Assembly (NCBI GenBank): GCA_965203905.1
Contig: CBDBDQ010000005.1
Coordinates: forward strand, 4,064,001 to 4,128,000
Origin: Spirochaetia bacterium
Lineage (GTDB): Bacteria > Spirochaetota > Spirochaetia > SZUA-6 > Bin103
Direction of reading: 5' to 3'
Length of the DNA: 64,000 bases
The notes beneath the pieces were generated by a model. It worked only from the letters and a program-made list of their open reading frames with translations, was not told where the DNA came from and made no database searches. Both the position numbers and the translations under genes were made by a program. This document shows, piece after piece, positions 1 to 8,908 of this stretch; positions within the stretch are counted from its first letter, which is position 1; each line of letters begins with the position of its first letter.

Positions 1-927
1 CTTCGGCGGCGTCGGCGCTCCGGGTTGCTCTTGCGCGTCGCGCTTCGCCGGCGAAGTCGCCCCGCCCGCCGGCGCTTCCTGCGCCTGCGGCTCCGGCGCC
101 TGGCCTGCGCTCGCCTCCCGGCGCCCACCCCCGCGCCCGCGCGGCGGTCGCCCCGGGTCGTAGCGCTGCAGGCCGTCCTGCACCAGCCGCTCCACCAGTT
201 GCCCCAGCGTCAGGTGCGGGTCCACGTGCGACAGCAGTGCCCGTAGCTGCTCGATCCCACACTGGCAGGCAGAGTCGATCACCACCTTCAGCTCCCAGCG
301 GTCCTCGCCCAGCGCCCGCATGCGATCAGCAGGGCGCGCCAGCTCGGGAGCTACCCCGGCCAACAACTGCTTCACCTCGCGCGTGCTCTTGCCGCTCGCC
401 TGCGCGACCAGCTCCTGCCGCTGCGCCGCGTCCAGCGCCGGCACCGGTCGCGCTGGCGCCGCTGCCCCGGCCCCGGAAGCCCCAGCCTCCGGCGCCGTCC
501 CCGTGCCGCCCGGCAGCAGCTCCGGTGCCGCGGGTGCGGAGCCGGGGTCCGCGGCGGCGGTCGCCGTGCGCTGCAGGAGATCGAAGGTGTTCTGCAACTG
601 CGCCGCCGCGCTCAGGGTGAGCGAGCCGTCCTGCAGCCGCTCGCGTGTCCCGGCGGTATCGGAGCACAGGCGCATCGCCTTTATGCGGCGCCAGGCGGCA
701 CCTTCGCTGTAGCCCAGTTCGCGCACCGCGTAGTCGAACAGGCTGGAGAACCCGAGGCGCAGGTGGAGGTGGCGGGCGTGGATCTCGCGCAGGTGGTCGA
801 GGACGGCGAGCTGCAGCGCCTGCTCGTGCAGGACGAGGGACCTGGTGTGCGCCAGCAGCACTTGGTCGGGGAGCCCGGAGAGCGAGGAGGAGAAGCTGGT
901 GGCGGTCGCGGAATCCACGGAATCCAT
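1..927 (-). CDS. HNH endonuclease/DUF222-like protein, N-terminal part (runs off the window edge; absent from the ORF track)
   Basis: Manual translation from ATG at 927: MDSVDSATATSFSSLSGLPDQVLLAHTRSLVLHEQALQLAVLDHLREIHARHLHLRLGFSSLFDYAVRELGYSEGAAWRRIKAMRL..., open to position 1. The LGFSSLFDYAVRELGYSEGAAWRRI block is typical of the N-terminus of multicopy HNH proteins. The HNH motif itself is not in the window. Confidence 0.7.
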   Translation of the reverse strand, partial: MDSVDSATATSFSSSLSGLPDQVLLAHTRSLVLHEQALQLAVLDHLREIHARHLHLRLGFSSLFDYAVRELGYSEGAAWRRIKAMRLCSDTAGTRERLQDGSLTLSAAAQLQNTFDLLQRTATAAADPGSAPAAPELLPGGTGTAPEAGASGAGAAAPARPVPALDAAQRQELVAQASGKSTREVKQLLAGVAPELARPADRMRALGEDRWELKVVIDSACQCGIEQLRALLSHVDPHLTLGQLVERLVQDGLQRYDPGRPPRGRGGGRREASAGQAPEPQAQEAPAGGATSPAKRDAQEQPGAPTPPK

Positions 928-1404
928 GGCGTAAATATAATCATGGCTGAGAAATGACAGATCGCGGAGTGTCCCGGACCGGCATCGGGGAGGGCTCAGG
1001 CCGGCGCTGGCGGGGTGCTGGAGGGCCTGGAGGGCGTGGCGGGATGTTCGAAGGGTCGGAGGGGCCGGAACGTGCGACAGGAGGCCGCTACGAGCAGCGC
1101 CAAACCCGTCAAGTGCTCAGCGCACTTTTTTGGCATTTTTTTTGGCAGAATCCTGCACCGTGGCGCCGAAGTGGCAGCAACGCATCGGCGGAGACCGGCG
1201 TTGCGGGTCGGCGGCGACGCGCTCATTCCTGGACGCATCGTACAGCGAGCGGACCACGCACCCTGAATGCGGCGATCTGGCCGGCGCCGGGGCCATCACC
1301 GCGGCTCGGCCACCCACGGGATGCAGACGTCGTTCAGCATGGGATGGTCCTGGGTACGGTACGGGGTGGTACGTGCGGGCTCGGCGGCCGGGGCGTCCGG
1401 GGCG

Positions 1405-1433
1405 TTGACAGTGCGGCGGCCCGTTCCTATATT
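1405..1433 (+). promoter_or_regulatory. sigma70-type promoter for the tRNA pair
   Basis: TTGACA (1405-1410), 17-nt spacer, TATATT (1428-1433), ending 16 nt before tRNA-Asp. Confidence 0.85.
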
Positions 1434-1449
1434 GAGCGGGCTGCCAACT

Positions 1450-1523
1450 GGGGGCGTGGCGAAGGTGGTTATCGCGCCGGCCTGTCAAGCCGGAGGCCGC
1501 GGGTTCAAGTCCCGTCGCTCCCG
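1450..1523 (+). tRNA. tRNA-Asp(GTC)
   Basis: Acceptor stem GGGGGCG/CGCTCCC, anticodon arm CCGGC-CT-GTC-AA-GCCGG, T-loop GGTTCAAGTCC. Confidence 0.95.
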
Positions 1524-1558
1524 TCCAGTTATCAGGTTCTCCGTTCGTCAAAGATCTA

Positions 1559-1631
1559 CGGGCTGTGGCGCAGTGGCTAGCGCGCTCGGTTCGGGACCGA
1601 GAGGTCGGGAGTTCAAGTCTCCCCAGCCCGA
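1559..1631 (+). tRNA. tRNA-Pro(CGG)
   Basis: Acceptor stem CGGGCTG/CAGCCCG, anticodon arm CTCGG-TT-CGG-GA-CCGAG, T-loop GTTCAAGTC. Confidence 0.95.
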
Positions 1632-1640
1632 CAGGTGTTT

Positions 1641-1820
1641 CATTGCGGCTCGGAGCCGCGTTCTCGCTCACCGGTGAGGAGCCGTGTTGGGACGCATTGC
1701 GGCTCGGAGCCGCGTTCTCGCTCGCCAGTAAGGAGCCCCGCTGGGACGCATTGCGGCTCGGGGCCGCGTGTTCGTTCACCAACAGGGATTCCTGCTGAAG
1801 GCGTTGCGGCTCGGAGCCGC
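1641..1820 (+). repeat. tandem REP-like palindromic repeat, period 54/54/53 nt, four palindromic cores
   Basis: TTGCGGCTCGG(A/G)GCCGC at 1643, 1697, 1751 and 1804, with mutually similar linkers. Confidence 0.9.
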
Positions 1821-1958
1821 CGCCAGTTCTCTACTCGTTGCGCCCTCCTCCCTTGCGTGTCGACTCCCGCTCCGCCGGGGGATCGTTCCCTCGTGGCAGT
1901 TGGGGTCAGGGTATTGTCGCATCTCCAGTTTCTGCGTCGCGAATCCGAAACTAGGTCT

Positions 1959-2825
1959 ATGGGGTTGACAGCGGGCGGCAGGCGCCCCGCCGCCGGCCGG
2001 CGGACATCTTCGGACCCACGCGCGCCGTGCCCGAGGCGTACGGCACGAAGGCACCGGTTGCTGCTGCTTGCCTCGCTGTTCGTCGTGGCGGGCGCCGCCA
2101 CGGCGGCTGCGGACTCCACGGCCCGCGTCCATCGGGTGGCGGCGGGGGAGACCCTCTACCGGATTGCCAAACAGCACGGGGTGACGGTGGATCTGCTGCA
2201 GCAGGCCAACGACATCTCCGATCCCACGCGGCTCAGCACCGGCCAGAGGCTCACCATTCCCCGCGCGTACCTGATGCGCAAGGGCGACACGATTTACTCG
2301 GTCGGCCGTGCCCACGGGGTAGAGCCCGCCCTCATCCTGGCGGCCAACGAGATCCTCGACCCCACCCAGGTACGCGTCGGGCAGGCGCTGATCATCCCCG
2401 AGCCGTCGGCGCCGTCCACGCCGCGACTGGCGGCGCCCCCTCCCAGCGCCACCTCCGCACGCGGCAGCGGCACGCACCGCCTGTGGCCGATCTCCGGCAC
2501 CCGTACGGCGCTGACCGGCAAGCTCTCCGGTCTCAAGATCAGCGGAACCGAGGGCGCGGCAGTACGCTCGGTGTCGTCGGGGACGGTGCGCTGGGCAAGT
2601 CCGAGCCGCGGCTTCGGCCAGGTGGTCCTGGTCGAGAATCCGCTGGGATACATTTACGGCTACCTGGGGAACGCCGAGACCTTCGTCGACGTGGGCGACC
2701 GGGTCGAGATCGGCACCGAGCTCGGGCGCCTGGGCCTCAATCCCCACGATCAGAAGCCCAACCTCTACTTCCTGGTATTCAAGGATGGACTGCCCGCTGA
2801 CCCGTGGCAGGCGCCACGAGTTTAG
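1959..2825 (+). CDS. LysM x2 + M23-type peptidase domain protein
   Basis: Two LysM repeats (HRVAAGETLYRIAKQHGV, YLMRKGDTIYSVGRAHGV) and a C-terminal M23-like domain (GFGQVVLVE...VDVGDRVEIGTELG) lacking the zinc-binding His motifs. Start ATG 1959 chosen; the upstream in-frame part of the ORF is the repeat. Confidence 0.8.
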   Translation: MGLTAGGRRPAAGRRTSSDPRAPCPRRTARRHRLLLLASLFVVAGAATAAADSTARVHRVAAGETLYRIAKQHGVTVDLLQQANDISDPTRLSTGQRLTIPRAYLMRKGDTIYSVGRAHGVEPALILAANEILDPTQVRVGQALIIPEPSAPSTPRLAAPPPSATSARGSGTHRLWPISGTRTALTGKLSGLKISGTEGAAVRSVSSGTVRWASPSRGFGQVVLVENPLGYIYGYLGNAETFVDVGDRVEIGTELGRLGLNPHDQKPNLYFLVFKDGLPADPWQAPRV

Positions 2826-2831
2826 CCGCGC

Positions 2832-3878
2832 GTGCCCAGCTACCGCTTCTCCCTGGAGTCACCGACTACCCAGGTGCTGTTTGGTGACGACCTGCCGCCA
2901 AGGATACGGGCGGCAGGCAACCGGGTAGTGGTGTTCGACGCCAACACCGCGCGCCTGTTCGGCGAGGGCGTGCCGGATCCGGTGTTGCTGGAGGATCGCG
3001 ACGAGGCCAAGACCTGGAGCGCGGTGGAGCGGGTGTTGCTGGCGGCGCTGGAGCGCGGCATGGACCGGGGCGGCGAAGTGCTCGCCGTCGGCGGTGGCGC
3101 CGTCTGCGACGTCGCCGGGTTCGCCGCCTCCATCTACCTGCGCGGCGTGCGCCTGACGCTGGTCCCCACGACCGTGACCGCCATGGTGGACGCCGCGCTC
3201 GGCGGCAAGACCGGCATCAACCTGCGTCAGGGCAAGAACCTGGTTGGCACCTTCTATCCGGCGCATACCCTCGTCGTGGTGCCGCGGGTGGTGGCCCGGC
3301 TGCCCGACGCCGACTACCGCGACGGGCTCGCCGAGGTGATCAAGACGGCGCTGTTGGGCGATGCCGAGCTGTTGCTCCTCCTGGAGCGGCGGCGCGAGAA
3401 GGTGCTGGCTCGCGAACCGGAACTGGTGCGGGAGTTCGTGAGCCGCTGCATCGCGGTCAAGGCCCGCTTCGTCGCCCACGACCTGCGCGAGGAGCGTGGC
3501 GCCGAGCCGGGCCCCGACGGCACTTCGCGGGCATTCCTCAACCTGGGCCACACCTTCGCTCACGCACTGGAGTCGGCGTCCGACTTCGCCTGGACCCACG
3601 GGGCAGCGGTGGCGTGGGGCATGGTGCGGGCAATGCGCCTGGGGCTCAGACTCGGCTTGACCGATGCCACCTACGCCGCCCGCGTGGAGCGCCTCCTGCA
3701 AGCCTATGGCTATCGCCTGACCGCGCCGGAGGTCACGCCCGCGTCGCTGCTGGCGGCGATGCGGGCGGACAAGAAGCGCAGCGGCAGTGAGCTGCGCTTC
3801 GTGCTCCAGCGCGACCTGGAACAGACCGAGTTGCGCGCCGTGGCGCCGCGCGAGGTGCTGGCGGTGCTCGCCGACTGA
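2832..3878 (+). CDS. aroB: 3-dehydroquinate synthase
   Basis: GGGAVCDVAGFAAS, PTT...VDAALGGKTGIN, LNLGHTFAHALES, HGAAVA, DKK motifs. Confidence 0.95.
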   Translation: MPSYRFSLESPTTQVLFGDDLPPRIRAAGNRVVVFDANTARLFGEGVPDPVLLEDRDEAKTWSAVERVLLAALERGMDRGGEVLAVGGGAVCDVAGFAASIYLRGVRLTLVPTTVTAMVDAALGGKTGINLRQGKNLVGTFYPAHTLVVVPRVVARLPDADYRDGLAEVIKTALLGDAELLLLLERRREKVLAREPELVREFVSRCIAVKARFVAHDLREERGAEPGPDGTSRAFLNLGHTFAHALESASDFAWTHGAAVAWGMVRAMRLGLRLGLTDATYAARVERLLQAYGYRLTAPEVTPASLLAAMRADKKRSGSELRFVLQRDLEQTELRAVAPREVLAVLAD

Positions 3879-3900
3879 CCGCGGCGGACCGGGAGAAACC

Positions 3901-6453
3901 TCACAACAGGTTGGAGACGCGCCGGTAGACGGCGCTGAGACGCGTCTGCTGCTGCTCGTTCAGGGCCTGCTCCGGGGCGTCTGCCAGCGCTTCCAGGGCC
4001 GCCAGGCTGTCGGCCACCGCGTTCTGCAGGTTGCGGCGGGCGGACAGCCAGAACCCGCCCGCCGCGTCGGTTTGCAGGGTCAGAAAGCTCAGCTTGGCGC
4101 CGCCCACCTTGCGTGGGCTCAGGGCCAGCACGAACTGCAGCCGTTCCAGGAGCTGGGCCGCATCCTGCGGCAGGTGCAGGGTGTCACGCGGCCAGTCACC
4201 GTCCACCCGGTGCGCGGGATCGATTTTCTCGAGTACCTCGAACAGGGGCCCGAGGCGTGCGCCGGCCATGATCTCGGCGCCGTCCAGCACGATCCTGCCG
4301 CGCAGGGTGCGGTGACCGGAGAGGCCCCGGCGGCCGGCCCGGCGCGCCAGCGGGGCCGCCTGCTCCCAGGGCAGCGTGACCAGGCGCCGCTTGCCGTGCG
4401 CGGCGACCGCAAACGTCTGCCCCAGGAGGTGGACCTGCGGCGCGTCGCCCGCGACGCGAACGCTGCGGCGCGCGCCAGCCCGCGGATACGGTTCGCGGCC
4501 GCCGGAGGCTTCGCGCTCCCGGCTGCGCCCGGGGCGCTCGCGGGACACGGCGATCAGGTCTGCCAGCAGGTCCGGCGAAATCGCCTGTACCTCCCGCCGG
4601 CTCAGCGGCGACACCGAGCGGGCGTAGGTGCGCGAGGTACGCACGATTTCCCCGGCCACCAGGTAGCGCGCCGGCTGCCGGTACATGGCCGAACCGGGAT
4701 GAATGAAAATGTTGCCCGCGGTAGGACTGCGGTAGCGTCCGGGCCCCGCAGCGACGCATACGAACTGAATCAGCCCGCGGGCCACCGCGCACAGGTAGTG
4801 ACTCAGCGGCCCGCCCCCGGTGATGGGGATGCCGAGGCCGCTGACGATCTCCTCCAGTTGCTCCTTGATGTTGAGGATCTCGTACATGGTACGTGGCTCA
4901 AGGTAGTTGCGGCTGCAGAATCCGTCGCGGTCGTCGCTGTCGCGAAAGTCGGTGAACAGGGTCAGGTATGCCGCCAGATCGCCCAGCGGATGGCGCCACC
5001 CGTGGTGCGCGTGACGCGCCTCCATCTCATGTCCCTCGGGCAGTACGAAGGGGCTCGGCACGGACAGGAAGGCGGTCGCGATGAGCGCTTCCTCGAGCAC
5101 CTCCGGGTAGCGCTGGACCGCTTCGACGATGATCCGGGCGTGGCGTGGCAGAATCGGGAACTGCACCATGAGGCGGCCGACGGCGGTGAGCCGGCGCTCC
5201 TGGTCCAACGCATCCAGCATGCCGAGCAGCTCCACCGCTGCGGCGACCCGTTCGCGGCCGGGAGGAGAGAGGAAGTCGAACTCCTCGAACTCGGTGATCC
5301 CCAGGTCCGCCATGCGCAGCACCACCTCCGACAGGTCGGTGCGATGGATCTCCTCCAGCTCGAACAGCGGGCGCGCCCGATACGACTGCTCGGAGTAGAG
5401 CCGGTAGCAGGTGCCCGGACCCGTGCGCCCGGCGCGCCCGCGGCGCTGGTTGCAGGAGGCGTGCGAGATCGGCTGCTCGGTGAGGGCGGAGGTGAGGGTG
5501 CGGGTGTTGTAGGAATTGATCTTGGCCAGGCCGGAGTCGATCACGAAGCCGATGCCCGGAATGGTGACACTGGTCTCGGCGATGTTGGTGGCCAGCACGA
5601 TCTTGCGGCGGCCGGGAAAGTGGTCGAACACGCGCGCCTGCTCGGCGCGGGAGAGACGCGCGTAGAGGGGCAGCAGGTGCCAGCTCCTGCTCTCGCGCAT
5701 TGCCGCCAGGGCGGCGATGCCGGCACGGATGTCGCGCTCTCCCGAGAGAAAGATCAGCACGTCGCCGGGCTTCCGGGCGCGGTGGATCTGCAACACGATC
5801 TTCTCGATGCTGGCCAGCAGCTGTTCCGGATCGCCGCTGGGCTGGAACGGGCGATATTCGATCCGCACCGGATGTACCGGCGTATCGATGCGGATGATCG
5901 GGCAGCCGTCGAAGTACTCCGCGAACACCTCGGCATTGATGGTGGCGGAGGAGACGATCACCTTGAAGTCGGAGCGCTGGGCGAGCACTCCCTTCAGCAA
6001 CCCCAGCACGAAGTCGATGGTGAGCGAACGCTCGTGCGCTTCATCCACCAGCAGCACGCCGTATTCGCTCAGCAGACGGTCGTGCTTGAGCTCCTGCAGC
6101 AGCACGCCGTCGGTCATGATCTTGATCTTCGTGCGCTCGCCGGTGGTGTCCTCGAAGCGCATCTTGTAGGCGGCGACGTCGGCATCGCCGCCGTCCGCGA
6201 CGAGTTGCGCCCGCACGAAGTCGGTTACCGAGACCGCCGCGATCCGGCGCGGCTGGGTCACCCCGATGCGGCCGTGCGCGGCATACCCGGCGTCATGGAG
6301 TATGCGTGGCAGCTGGGTGGTCTTGCCCGATCCGGTCGGGCTCTCCACCACGATGGCCGGGCTGCGCGCGAGTTGTTCCAGAACCTCCTGTCGCTGGCGG
6401 GCGACCGGCAGCGCTGCGGCGATCTCTGCGATGTGCTCGGGGGCGGGCTGCAT
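3901..6453 (-). CDS. hrpA: ATP-dependent DEAH-box RNA helicase (HrpA family)
   Basis: GSGKTTQLP, TQPRRIAA, DEAHERS, SAT, TNIAETSVT, QRRGRAGR. Start ATG 6453 is preceded by TGG-TAGAAT. Confidence 0.88.
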   Translation of the reverse strand: MQPAPEHIAEIAAALPVARQRQEVLEQLARSPAIVVESPTGSGKTTQLPRILHDAGYAAHGRIGVTQPRRIAAVSVTDFVRAQLVADGGDADVAAYKMRFEDTTGERTKIKIMTDGVLLQELKHDRLLSEYGVLLVDEAHERSLTIDFVLGLLKGVLAQRSDFKVIVSSATINAEVFAEYFDGCPIIRIDTPVHPVRIEYRPFQPSGDPEQLLASIEKIVLQIHRARKPGDVLIFLSGERDIRAGIAALAAMRESRSWHLLPLYARLSRAEQARVFDHFPGRRKIVLATNIAETSVTIPGIGFVIDSGLAKINSYNTRTLTSALTEQPISHASCNQRRGRAGRTGPGTCYRLYSEQSYRARPLFELEEIHRTDLSEVVLRMADLGITEFEEFDFLSPPGRERVAAAVELLGMLDALDQERRLTAVGRLMVQFPILPRHARIIVEAVQRYPEVLEEALIATAFLSVPSPFVLPEGHEMEARHAHHGWRHPLGDLAAYLTLFTDFRDSDDRDGFCSRNYLEPRTMYEILNIKEQLEEIVSGLGIPITGGGPLSHYLCAVARGLIQFVCVAAGPGRYRSPTAGNIFIHPGSAMYRQPARYLVAGEIVRTSRTYARSVSPLSRREVQAISPDLLADLIAVSRERPGRSREREASGGREPYPRAGARRSVRVAGDAPQVHLLGQTFAVAAHGKRRLVTLPWEQAAPLARRAGRRGLSGHRTLRGRIVLDGAEIMAGARLGPLFEVLEKIDPAHRVDGDWPRDTLHLPQDAAQLLERLQFVLALSPRKVGGAKLSFLTLQTDAAGGFWLSARRNLQNAVADSLAALEALADAPEQALNEQQQTRLSAVYRRVSNLL

Positions 6454-6534
6454 AGCGCATTCTACCACCGCCGCCGGTGCCGCTGGTCGCGCCGGCACGC
6501 GGAGTGTTAGGCTGACCTGGAAGGCCACGACCGA

Positions 6535-7677
6535 ATGGCACTACCGCGGCAGATGCGCAGCGTGCGCCCGGAGCGCAACGATCAGGAGATCGTGCTGTAC
6601 GTGCGCAGCATCCCGTTCCTTACACCGCGCGAGATAACGGCGACCATCCGTGAGGCGGGCTACGTCGGTCAGGATCGCGCCGTCACCGCCGTGTCCCTGA
6701 TGGCATATCGGCACGTGTCACGGCTGCGCAAGATGCACCTCGAGGGAATCAGCCGCGACCTGCTGCCGGACAAAACCAACCTGTTGCTGGTCGGCCCGAC
6801 CGGTTGCGGCAAGACCCACCTGGTGGAACTGCTGTTCCAGCACATCCTGCACCTGCCCACCATAATCGTCGATCTGACCGGCTACTCGGAGACCGGCTAC
6901 GTCGGTCAGGAGGTCACCTCGATCCTGACGCGGCTGCTGTATGCGGCGGACCTGAACCAGGTCGCCAGCTCGGTCGGCGTGGTGTGTCTGGACGAGTTCG
7001 ACAAGGTGGCCTCCGGACAGAACAATGCGGTGTTCGCCGGTGCCGGAAGCACCAAGGACGTCTCCGGGCTCGGGGTCCAGCGCGAGCTCCTGAAGATGCT
7101 GGAGGCGGCGGAGATCTCGGTGCCGAACGATCTGTCACATTCCGAGTACGGGGCGCGCACGGTGATGTCGACCTCCGATATCGCGTTCATAGGCTGCGGT
7201 GCCTTTTCCGGCTTCAAGGGGATAACGGATGCCGCGCGCGGGGAGGACATCGGCTTTGGCCGCAATGCCACCGGGCACGACCCCGACCGCATCGCCGTGT
7301 CCTATACCGAAGATGACGTGGCCGCCGTGCGCCACTTCCATCGCTTCGGCTTCCTGCCCGAGCTGATCGGCCGGTTCAAGCGCATCGTGCCGTTCCAGTC
7401 CTTGTCCGAGGACCAGCTCACCGACATCCTCAGGCAGAACATTCTGCGCCAGTACCGTAACGAGTTCCGCTTCGAGGAGATTCAGCTCGAGGTCGCCGAC
7501 GCGGTGCTGCAGCTCATGGTGCGCCAGGCGCTGCGCAAGGAGAGCGGCGCCCGGGGGCTGGAGTCGGTGTTCGCGCGCCACCTGGAGGACGCCGCCTTCG
7601 CGGCCTACTCCGAGGAGGAAGTCAAGCGCGTGCGCCTCCGCCTGCGCGGCGACGAGGTGGTCTTCGACCTGGACTGA
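6535..7677 (+). CDS. ClpX-like AAA+ ATPase without the N-terminal zinc-binding domain
   Basis: GPTGCGKT, SETGYVG, LDEFDK, KDVSGLGVQRELLKMLE, IGF loop, FLPELIGRF, SGARGL. Confidence 0.85.
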   Translation: MALPRQMRSVRPERNDQEIVLYVRSIPFLTPREITATIREAGYVGQDRAVTAVSLMAYRHVSRLRKMHLEGISRDLLPDKTNLLLVGPTGCGKTHLVELLFQHILHLPTIIVDLTGYSETGYVGQEVTSILTRLLYAADLNQVASSVGVVCLDEFDKVASGQNNAVFAGAGSTKDVSGLGVQRELLKMLEAAEISVPNDLSHSEYGARTVMSTSDIAFIGCGAFSGFKGITDAARGEDIGFGRNATGHDPDRIAVSYTEDDVAAVRHFHRFGFLPELIGRFKRIVPFQSLSEDQLTDILRQNILRQYRNEFRFEEIQLEVADAVLQLMVRQALRKESGARGLESVFARHLEDAAFAAYSEEEVKRVRLRLRGDEVVFDLD

Positions 7678-7780
7678 CCGCCCTCCTGCACGGCCCTGAG
7701 ATGGCGGCGGCCGGCCGGTTGCCAAGCCGGGGCGCGCCGGCCTACGATGCCGTGGCCGACACGCCTCATCCTACGCACCA

Positions 7781-8818
7781 GTGCTCAAGCGGTATCGCAG
7801 AACTGCGGACGGCGCTCCTCGCGTCACCGCCAACGTCTACCTCCTCGCCGAACACGGAATTGGCAGCGCGGCCATTGACGCCGGCGCGGTCGGCATCTGC
7901 CAGCGCCTGGCGCGTGCCGGCCACGAGACCTACATCGTCGGCGGCGCCCTGCGCGATCTGTTGACCGGACGCAGTCCCAAGGACTTCGACATCGCCACCA
8001 GTGCGCGGCCGCGCCAGGTTGCGGGCCTGTTCCGCGGCGCGCACATCATCGGCCGCCGCTTCAAGCTGGTGCACGTGCCGTCGGGAGTGCGCATGTTCGA
8101 GGTCGCTACCTTCCGCGGCCCGGATCGCACTACCGCCAACCGTTACGGCACCATGGACCAGGACGCCTTGCGGCGCGATTTCACCTTCAACGCGCTCTAC
8201 TACGCGCCCCGCAGCGAGCGGCTGATCGACTACGTGGGCGGATTCGAGGACATCCGGCGGCGCACGTTGCACACCGTTGGCACGCCCGAGGGATCGTTCA
8301 TCGAGGACCCGGTACGCATGATCCGGGCGGTGAAGTATGCCCGCCTCGCCGGCTTCACCATGGAGCGGCGCTACCGGGTGTTGATCAGCCGTCACGCCGG
8401 CCGCCTGGCCGAGTGCTCGGCGGAGCGGTTGACCGAGGAGCTGGCAAAGATCCTGAGCTGCGGGCGGGCGGCGCCGATCCTGGACTTCGCACACCGCCTC
8501 GGGCTGTTCGCGGTGCTGCTGCCGCGGCTGGACGCGCACGCCGGGGCGCGGCTGCGCAGCTCGCAGATGGGGCAGCGGCTGCTGGAGCTGGATCGGCGGC
8601 TGGCCTCCGCTCCGTCCCCCGGGACCCGCGAGCTGCGCACGCTGATGTTCGGCACGCTCCTGGTGGAGGTAGCGACCATGGACCGTTCGTGGCAACTGGA
8701 GGAGCAGCCGGAGAAAGCGCTGGCGCAGCGCTTGCGGCGGGCCATGGAACCCCTGGTGCTGCCGCAGGTGGATGCCTTGCGGGTGGCAGCGCGCCTGGCC
8801 CGGGACGCCGGCGCCTGA
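7781..8818 (+). CDS. pcnB: poly(A) polymerase / CCA-adding family nucleotidyltransferase
   Basis: VGGALRDLL...PKDFDIAT, IIGRRFKLVHV (poly(A) polymerase signature), RRDFTFNAL, EDPVRMIRA. Confidence 0.88.
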   Translation: MLKRYRRTADGAPRVTANVYLLAEHGIGSAAIDAGAVGICQRLARAGHETYIVGGALRDLLTGRSPKDFDIATSARPRQVAGLFRGAHIIGRRFKLVHVPSGVRMFEVATFRGPDRTTANRYGTMDQDALRRDFTFNALYYAPRSERLIDYVGGFEDIRRRTLHTVGTPEGSFIEDPVRMIRAVKYARLAGFTMERRYRVLISRHAGRLAECSAERLTEELAKILSCGRAAPILDFAHRLGLFAVLLPRLDAHAGARLRSSQMGQRLLELDRRLASAPSPGTRELRTLMFGTLLVEVATMDRSWQLEEQPEKALAQRLRRAMEPLVLPQVDALRVAARLARDAGA

Positions 8819-8908
8819 CCGGCCGTGGGAGCCAGCCGCCGCCCGTGGGCGTCGCTTTTTGGCCCATCCCGTCCGATCAACAGGAGTCTGTCGTAGTCCG
8901 CCAGACTC

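Noticed and set aside
1117-1782. 221-aa minus-strand ORF with ENAAPSRNASQ repeats
   Set aside because: It is the antisense translation of the 54-nt repeat and both tRNAs.
1641-1820. Possible mini CRISPR array
   Set aside because: The linkers are only ~21 nt and homologous to one another rather than unique spacers, and there are no cas genes in the window.
3787-6510. 907-aa plus-strand ORF, and similar long shadow ORFs (23760..26810, 48104..49876, 35773..37413)
   Set aside because: These are antisense shadows of real genes, expected at this GC content and codon bias, and show no protein motifs.
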